In this document: piece after piece, positions 55,952 to 64,000 of the stretch
How the letters are laid out: the number at the start of each line of letters is the position of its first letter
Position numbering within the stretch: position 1 is the first letter of the stretch
From: Blastocystis sp. Blastoise
Lineage: Eukaryota > Protista > Bigyra: Opalinata
DNA length: 64,000 bases
Reading direction: 5' to 3'
Assembly: GCA_039096225.1 (NCBI GenBank)
Contig: JBBPEB010000011.1
Location: 124,001 to 188,000 of the forward strand
Notes under the pieces: model-generated
The model's database searches: none
What the model was told of the DNA's origin: nothing
Seen by the model: only the letters and a program-made list of their open reading frames with translations
Program-made: the position numbers and the translations under genes

Positions 55952-58319
55952 TTATTTATTTTTTTATTTATTTTTTTATTTATTTTTAAATATATATTTT
56001 ATATATAAATAATATAATAATAATAAATATACATATATATATATATTTATAGAAACAAGAGGAGAATGAGATATTATATATAAAAGGTCATGAAGAAATA
56101 TTTGAATCCAAAGAAGAACAGCAAGAGAAAGAATATCAGCAATTATTCCCTGATTTCCACGGTTTATTTGAAGATGAAGAGAAAGAGACTGAAGAAGAGA
56201 AAGAGAAATCAATGGATATTGATGAAGATAATAATAATAATGAAGATGAAGATGAAGATGATAATAATAATAATAATAATGAGAAGAAGAAGAAAGAAAT
56301 TGAATTTATTGAAAGTTTTAATTGGAAGATTACAACTAAAGATATTCAATATATATATTTATTGCAAAAACAATTATTAATAGAAATAAATGATAAATCT
56401 ATTCAATTAATTCGTGAAGAATCACTTCAAAAATGTCTTCAAAGTAGTTCAAAATTAATTCAAGAAATATCACAAATATTATTAAGTGATATTGATGAAA
56501 AATCACGGTTATTTTGTGTTTTTGCGTTAGTACAAGGAGTAGAATCAAGTGAGTCAGGTTATGAATATAGTTTAATGAATAATAATAATATAGTTACTAA
56601 TAGTTTCCATGAATATAGTAATATAAAAGAAAGTGAATATATGTGTATGTCTTTAAGAGGTTTAAAGAAACGTATATTTGAATTATTAACATTATATCCT
56701 ACGCATGCAGGATTACAATATATATATAGAATAATAGAAAGATTATATAAAATGAATATAAATACATCTATATCTATATTATTGACAGGTATAGAAACAT
56801 TATATAATAAAATAAAAGATTGGGAAGTTGGTTCTCCTAAAGAATATTCATTAAGTAATTATATACCGACAATCACGGGACTTATTCAAAAATGGCGTAA
56901 AATGGAATTAGAATCATGGAGTGAACTTATTAATAGAGAAGTATGTAGTTGGTATTATTGTTTTTTTTTTTTTATTATTATTATTTTTTTTATTATTATT
57001 ATTTTTTTTATTTATTCTTTTTTTTAAATAATATAATTACAAAGTATATAATAATAATATATATATATATATATAGGAAATAAAGATGTCTGATCGTGCA
57101 ACGGATCGTTGGCCTTCTATATATTCGCTTCTTTTCCCTTCTTCTCTTCCTCCCTACCCTACTCCTTATATATTACATTCATTATATAAATATATAGATA
57201 TGGGTGTAGATATATATAATTTATGGATATATAATAATGAACAAAGAAGATCTGAAGGAAAAACTACTCAAGATATTATTAATATTAATAAGAAATATAT
57301 GAAATCTAAAGAAGAATATAAAAAGAATGAAACTATATTATATTTAAATAAATTATTTGATTCTTTAGATACTTATATACGTAATTGTAATATGAGTGAA
57401 TTTATTAGTCGATTACAATTATTAAGTACTTTTGCTAAATATATAAAGAAAATAATATCTACTGATAATAATAAATCAAATAAAGATGATGTCAACTTAT
57501 CTATTATTATGATGAATATGATGTATATATTTACTATATTTATTATATTTATTATATATTTATTATATATTTATTATATATTTATTATATATTTATTATA
57601 TTTATTATATTTATTATATTTATTCTATTTATTATATTTATTATTATTATTATTATTATTATATAGATATCATATATGCCGTTTCTATTCTCAATTTGTT
57701 CCTTATATTCAACAATATATTGTGAACATTAAAACACCTATTGTAAAGAAATTACAAGTATATAATAAATATATTAATAAAAATATAAATAAATATAATC
57801 ATATAATAATAATTATAATAATAATTATAATAATTATAGGATCAAATAAAGATAAGTAAATGGGATGACCAGAGTTATTATTCGCTTAAAGAAAGTAGTG
57901 AAAAGACACATCGTCTATTATTTAGATATGTGACAGAATATAAAGAAGGTATTGATGTTCCTGTCGCTCCTATTATAAATACATATATAACAAATCTTGA
58001 ATTGGATATAGAAGCTCAACAGAAAAAGCAAACAGAACGTGCAAATCGTAAGAATAAGACAAAACGTGAATTAGCAAGAGAAAAGAAAAGACAAGAAAGA
58101 ATGGAAAAATTATTAAAGAGACAAAATGAAGACAATAATAATAATAATGAGAAAGAGAAAGAAAAAACAAATGAAGATGAAGAAGAAGAAGAACGTAAAC
58201 AGATTATAGAAGATATTGAATTATATCGTTCTATAGGTACAGAAGAGAAATATACTAAAGTTATAGATAATCCTATATTCTATGATAAATATAAAAATAC
58301 TGTATTATCATCTCCTATA

Positions 58320-58368
<49 letters not shown>

Positions 58369-61300
58369 CTGATACTATTATTACATTTTCTAATAGTTCT
58401 ATTCTTATTCATAAGATTAAACAATATTTATCAAATCAAGAAATATGTTATTTCCTTGGGAATATTAATATTATTCGAGATATTGAAGAATTTAGTACTT
58501 ATATTATTGAAGAGATGGATACTCTTCGTAAAGAAAAATCATTTGTACAACGAAAACATAATGCTTATTCATCTCTTCTTAAATATCTTAAAGATCAAGT
58601 ATGTATTATTATATTTATTATTATATTTATTATTATATTCATTATTATTATTATTATTATTATATTTATTATTATATTATGTATATTATTATATATTATT
58701 ATATATACATTATTATTATTATTATATATAGGATATATCACATTTAACATCAACTCATTCTGAAGAGCAATTACAGAATAATATATTATTTACATTGAAT
58801 ATACCAGATATACATAATTGTATAAAGAGTATAATATCCACATTCCCTCAATTCCTTTCTCAAACGATTATTAATCAAATAAAAGATCAATGGAAATCAA
58901 CTGAAGATTATTATTATAAGATTATTATGTTATCTAAACAAATACACGTTGATGTTATTCATAATTTAAATACACAAATAACACCAACAGAAGCAAATCA
59001 TTCAATTGGTTATTGTGATAATATATTTACAAATATTTTACAGCAACGTCAAATATTAGATTGTTTATCAAGAGATTTATCTTCTATTTCAAATATATAT
59101 GCTTCTCTTACTCTAAATACATCGAATTCTAATGAAACTAAGAATAATCGTGATTATTTATGTATTTCGAATAAATCTATAAATATAAATACATTATTAC
59201 AAGAATTATTTAATATATATACACAAGTACTTGAAATTTTTGATGAATTATTATTATTATCTCAACGAGTAACTCAAAATGGTGGTCTTCCAATATCCGC
59301 GGTTATTATTAATTTAATTAATTCTATTCATTTAGTTTTATCTCAACAATTATTAACAATAAAACCCTATATATCACTTCCTTCTAGTTCATTATCTTCT
59401 TATATAAGTATAGATTCTATTCATATTATAGTCGATAGTTGGACTGTATTAGAACAACAACTTAATGGATATATACATACAATAAAAGAAATACAAGATC
59501 ATTCTATATATAATGATTCTAATCTATATAATGTTATTCAATACTTCCAAGAATTATGTGATAAGAAAGTAATAGTAATAAATTCTCTTCAATTATATAC
59601 ATATCATAATGGATTTGAATCTAATTATTTACAATATATTTGTCCAGAAGGTCAACTTGAATTAAATACTATTATAGAAAAAAGAAAAGTTATTGTAAAA
59701 GATATATTATTACTTATTCAACGTATAGTGTCTATATCAAAAGAAAATAAAGAATATTATATTCAGAATAATAATTCAATTACAATTGGTCATCAGACAG
59801 AAATCCTAATAAAATCATGGGAATCACTTCAATTATATAAATTATTTAAGGATTATAATGAGATGATTAATAGAATACATAATAATTCTTCTGAAGCTAC
59901 TCACATATGTTCACAGTGTCAAGGATTATCAATTATATATAATGATTTAATTCAATCTTTATCCCCATTATTTTATTATTTATTTAGTATTGTCTTTGAT
60001 CTATATAGTAATACATTATATTATACACGTTCATTATCAAAATTTAACTATATATTATTAAAAACCTTCCGTGAAATAATAATAAAAGGATTTTGTTCTC
60101 CTCCAAAACAAGAACAACAAGAAGAAGATCAACATCAAAGTATATTATATATTATTTATTATATATTATTTATTATTGATATATTTATTATTATATTATG
60201 ATATTTATTATTATATTATGATATTTATTATTATTATTATATTATTATATTATATAATATGTATTATAATTATTCACTACCCTATATATATAATATATAT
60301 AGAACAGGATGAAGAGCAAGAAGGTACAGGTATGGGAGAAGGAGAAGGTCGTGAAGATGTGTCTAAAGAAATAGATGATAAAGAACAATTAGAAGGTTTG
60401 AAAGGTGATCAGGAAGAAGAAACTGAGGATGAAGAGAATGAGAATAAAGAGAAACAAGATAAAGATGAAGGATTTGATATGGAAGATGATTTTGAAGGTA
60501 AAATGGAAGATATAAAATCAGATGAAGAAGATGATAAAGATGATGATGATGATGAAGAAGAAGAAAGTGATGATGAACGAGATATGGGTGATGCTGGTGA
60601 TGATGCTGAAGTTATTGATGAAGATATGTGGAATGATAAAGAAGAAAAAGATGAAGATGAGAAATTTGAAGAGAATGAGAAAGATCAAGAGTCTCATAAT
60701 ACTGATGAAATGACAACAAAAGAAGAAGATCAAAAAGAGAAAGAGAAAAAGAAAGAAGAAAAACAAGAGAAAGAACAAGTTAATAAAGAAGAAGAAGATA
60801 ATGTTGATGATTTTGAAGAGATAAATGATTTAAATGATCAACAGTATGAAGATAATCATTTTAATGATTTTGAAGAAGAAGAAAATGAAGATGCAGAAAA
60901 TCCTGAAGAAGCTCCTGAAAATGAAGAATTTGATGATAATATGCAATTAGATGGTGATGATAATGATAATAATGATGATGAAGAAGAAGAAGAAGAGAAT
61001 GATATGGATGATGAAGAGGATCCTACACAATTACCTGAAGATGTAGAAATGGTTGCAGAACCAAGTGATAATGAAGAAGGAAAAGAAGAAGAAGAAGAAG
61101 AGAAAGATGAAGATATAGATATGGTTGGTAATCAAGATAATATAATGAATAATGAAGATGAAGATAATAATAATAAAGATGAAGAAGAAAATAAAGATAA
61201 TGAAGATAATGAAATGGAAGAAGAAGAAAAAGAAGAAGAAAAAGATAAGAATACAGCTGCTTCAGAAGGTATTCAAGATGAGAAAGGTATTGATAATATA

Positions 61301-63272
61301 AAGAATAAAGATAAAGAGAAACCTCAGATGGGTGGTGAAAAGAAAGAAGAAGAAGAAGAAGAGAAAGAAGGAGAAGAAGAAAATGATGAAGAAGAAGAAG
61401 AAGAAGAAGATAAAGGAAAAGAAGGAGAAGAACAAGAAGGTATTGATGATGAAAAGATAGAAGATGATAATAATAATAATAATGAAGAAGAAGAAGTGAA
61501 TCCATATGAGGATAAGAAGAAAGCTATGAAGAAATGGCGTGAACGATTTGAGAAATTAGAAATGATTCCAAAAAAGAATAAAGAAGAAGATGATGAAGAT
61601 GGAATGAAAGAAAATGAAGAAGAAAAAGAAGAAGAAGAAAATGAAGAAAAAGAGAAACGTGATTTAGGAGCAAATATAAAAGAAGATGGTACAGGTGAAG
61701 AGGTAGTTGCTCCTAAAGATATAACTATGGATATTGATAAGAAGAATGAAGAAGATAATCGTATTGATATAGAAGAAGGTAAAGAAGAAGAAGATAATGA
61801 TGATGAAAATGACGAAGAAGATGATGAAGATAAGGATGAATATATGAAAGTAGAAGAAGAGAAGAAGAATCAAGATCGTGATGTAGATTTAGATTTCCCT
61901 GAAGAAGAAGAAGAAATAGAAGATAATAATAAGAATTTACCTGAAAATAGTAATTATCTTCAAACATTATTAGAACAAGAAAAAACTATACCTGAGTCTC
62001 CTGTTGATAATAATAATAATGATAATAATAAGAATAGTATATTAAGAGATACTGATTTGAATTTAGAAGTTCATGAAGAAGAAGAAGAAGAAAAAGAAGA
62101 TAATAATAATAATAATGTAGATAATTCTATAGTAAAAGATATTCATTCTCTTCATGAAGATATTGATGTATATAGAGATATACAGGTAACAGAGAATGGA
62201 ATGGAATTATGGAAATTATATGAATCTCAAACAGTTGAATTATCAACACGTTTATGTGAGCAATTAAGAATTCTATTAGAACCTTTGAAATCAACTAAAT
62301 TAGCTGGTGATTATAAGACAGGAAAACGTATCAATATGCGAAAGATTATACCATTTATTGCTAGTAATTATAAGAAAGATAAAATATGGTTAAGACGTAC
62401 AAAGCCAAGTAAACGTGAATATAATATTATTATTGCTCTAGATAATAGTATTTCGATGAAAGAGAATGGAGGTGGTGTTATAGGATTAAAAACAATGGCC
62501 CTTATTAGCAAGGCACTTACTCAGGTATGATTATTTATTTATTTTATTTATTTATTTTATTTATTTTATTTATTTTTTATTAATATTATTTTATATATTT
62601 AATATATATAATTTAACTATAGTTAGAAGCTGGTCAGTTAGGTGTTTTTTCATTTGGTAATACAGTTAAATATCTTCATTCATTGGATGCACCATTTACT
62701 GCAGAATCTGGTGCAAAGATAACAAGTCAATTTACTTTTAATGCAACAGAAACTAATTTTATTTTATCTTTGAAAACATTAAAAGAAATATGTATTGAAG
62801 CAAAAGAGAAAGCTCAAGGAGAAGCTAAGAATGCTATTCAAATAGTATTTATGATTAGTGATGGAAGAATAGATGGAGGTACTCGTTATGAAGTAAAACA
62901 ATTATTAAGAGAAATGGAAGAAAATAATATTTTAGTTGTTTTACTTATTTGTGATACAAATGGTATATTATTATGCTTATTTATTATTATTATCCAAAAT
63001 AATAATATTATTATTATTATTTGCATACTATTTTATATAATTAAATAAACCTATATCTATATATATATATATATATAGAAACTGGTAATTCAATAGTAGA
63101 TACAAAGATGGTATCTTATAAAGATCGTAAGATGGTAATTAAGTCCTATATGGAAGATTATCCTTTCTCTTATTATCTTATATTACGCGACATACATATA
63201 TTACCCGAATGTTTGTCTGACGCGCTTACTCAATGGTTCCAGCTACTCAATAATAGTAAACAATCATTATAA
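41138..63272 (+). CDS. MDN1: Midasin / Rea1 AAA ATPase (about 32 exons)
   Basis: Six AAA modules (GEGSCGKT, GETGCGKT, GPTSTGKT, GETGGGKT, GSPGVGKT, GEESIGKS), long linker, D/E-rich region, MIDAS with DNSIS and RINMRKIIPFIASNYKKDKIWLRRTKPSKR. About 31 introns, all read as GT-AG. Confidence 0.97.
50567..50650 (+). repeat. (AAT)n poly-Asn insert in midasin AAA6
   Basis: Read directly from the sequence. Confidence 0.95.
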
Positions 63273-63778
63273 ACTCTATTATTTAGTTATTTACTCTATT
63301 TATATATATATATTGAATTATTTATATTCATTTGTTCTCTATAAAGCATGTATTCTTTTTTTTATAAGATTTCTCTTTTATTCTACTTTTTAATTTTGTT
63401 AATATTTGTTTTTTTAATTTTTATGTGTTCTATTTGTTTTATATGTTTTATCAAATTTATTAATTGTGATTAAATAAAAATTGCTTGTTATGAATTTATA
63501 TATTAATAATTGTATGATTACAATAAAAATTTGATTAAACATAGCACTAATTAAGAATTAATTCTTTTAATTATTAAAACTCAATAATAACTAGAAAAAT
63601 GGAAAAGAAGAGAAGAATTTTGTTAAAAAAAAATGAAAATAGAAAAATGTAATATATATATTAATAATATTTAAATGAATTATAACCAAATAATTATAAT
63701 TTAAAATAAATAATAAAATAATTATATAGCGAATAAATAAATAAAATCCAAATTATAAATAACTATATATATATATAT

Positions 63779-64000
63779 TTAAAAATGGACTTTAATAATA
63801 CCATCACTTTCCTGAGTAAATTTAATGCTATTATTTCGAAGAAAACTTATAACTGCAGGTTTAATAACAGCTTTCTGACCAACACTATATATATATATAT
63901 ATAATGATGAATAAATATAATATTTCTTATAGATATAGAATATAAAAATAATTTTATATATATAACTATATATATATATATACCTATGAATACCTCTTCC
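63779..64000 (-). CDS. 3' end of an Smr-domain protein (N4BP2/Cue2-like), partial
   Basis: Spliced across a GT-AG intron: GRGIHSVGQKAVIKPAVISFLRNNSIKFTQESDGIIKVHF*, matching the Smr GxGxHS...IKPAV motif. Confidence 0.8.
   Translation of the reverse strand, partial: GRGIHRYIYIYSYIYKIIFIFYIYKKYYIYSSLYIYIYSVGQKAVIKPAVISFLRNNSIKFTQESDGIIKVHF

Overview
Extremely AT-rich, intron-dense eukaryotic (protist) genomic DNA; there are no prokaryotic features. Manual splicing gives 13 protein genes: transportin-1 (5' end outside the window), a PTB/hnRNP-L-like RRM protein, mitochondrial acyl carrier protein, RPL39, a degenerate full-length ABCB transporter, DPY-30, PARG, eRF1, a CLASP-like TOG protein, a membrane-anchored GH13 protein, a DOLPP1-like PAP2 phosphatase, midasin, and the 3' end of an Smr-domain gene. 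All 13 stops are genomic TAA. Most long Y/I/L-rich ORFs in the track are microsatellite-filled introns. A Blastocystis-like stramenopile is a plausible but unproven source. The main story is the splicing. Most introns are GTATAT...TATAG, but conserved proteins force several exceptions: GT-TG and AT-AG in RPL39, GA-AA (or AA-AG) in eRF1, and two GC-AG in PARG. In all five the deviant base equals the base the spliced mRNA has at that position, which means real biology or an RNA-read polishing artefact. There is also an intron that is only GC(AT)38AG, two U12-like introns (AT-AC and AT-AA) with an AAT-ending branch motif, a four-unit tandem 'intron array' with AG|GT ratchet points, and a five-fold duplicated acceptor. 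The ABCB and the GH13 protein look catalytically dead. All gene models were spliced by eye and need RNA-seq confirmation.
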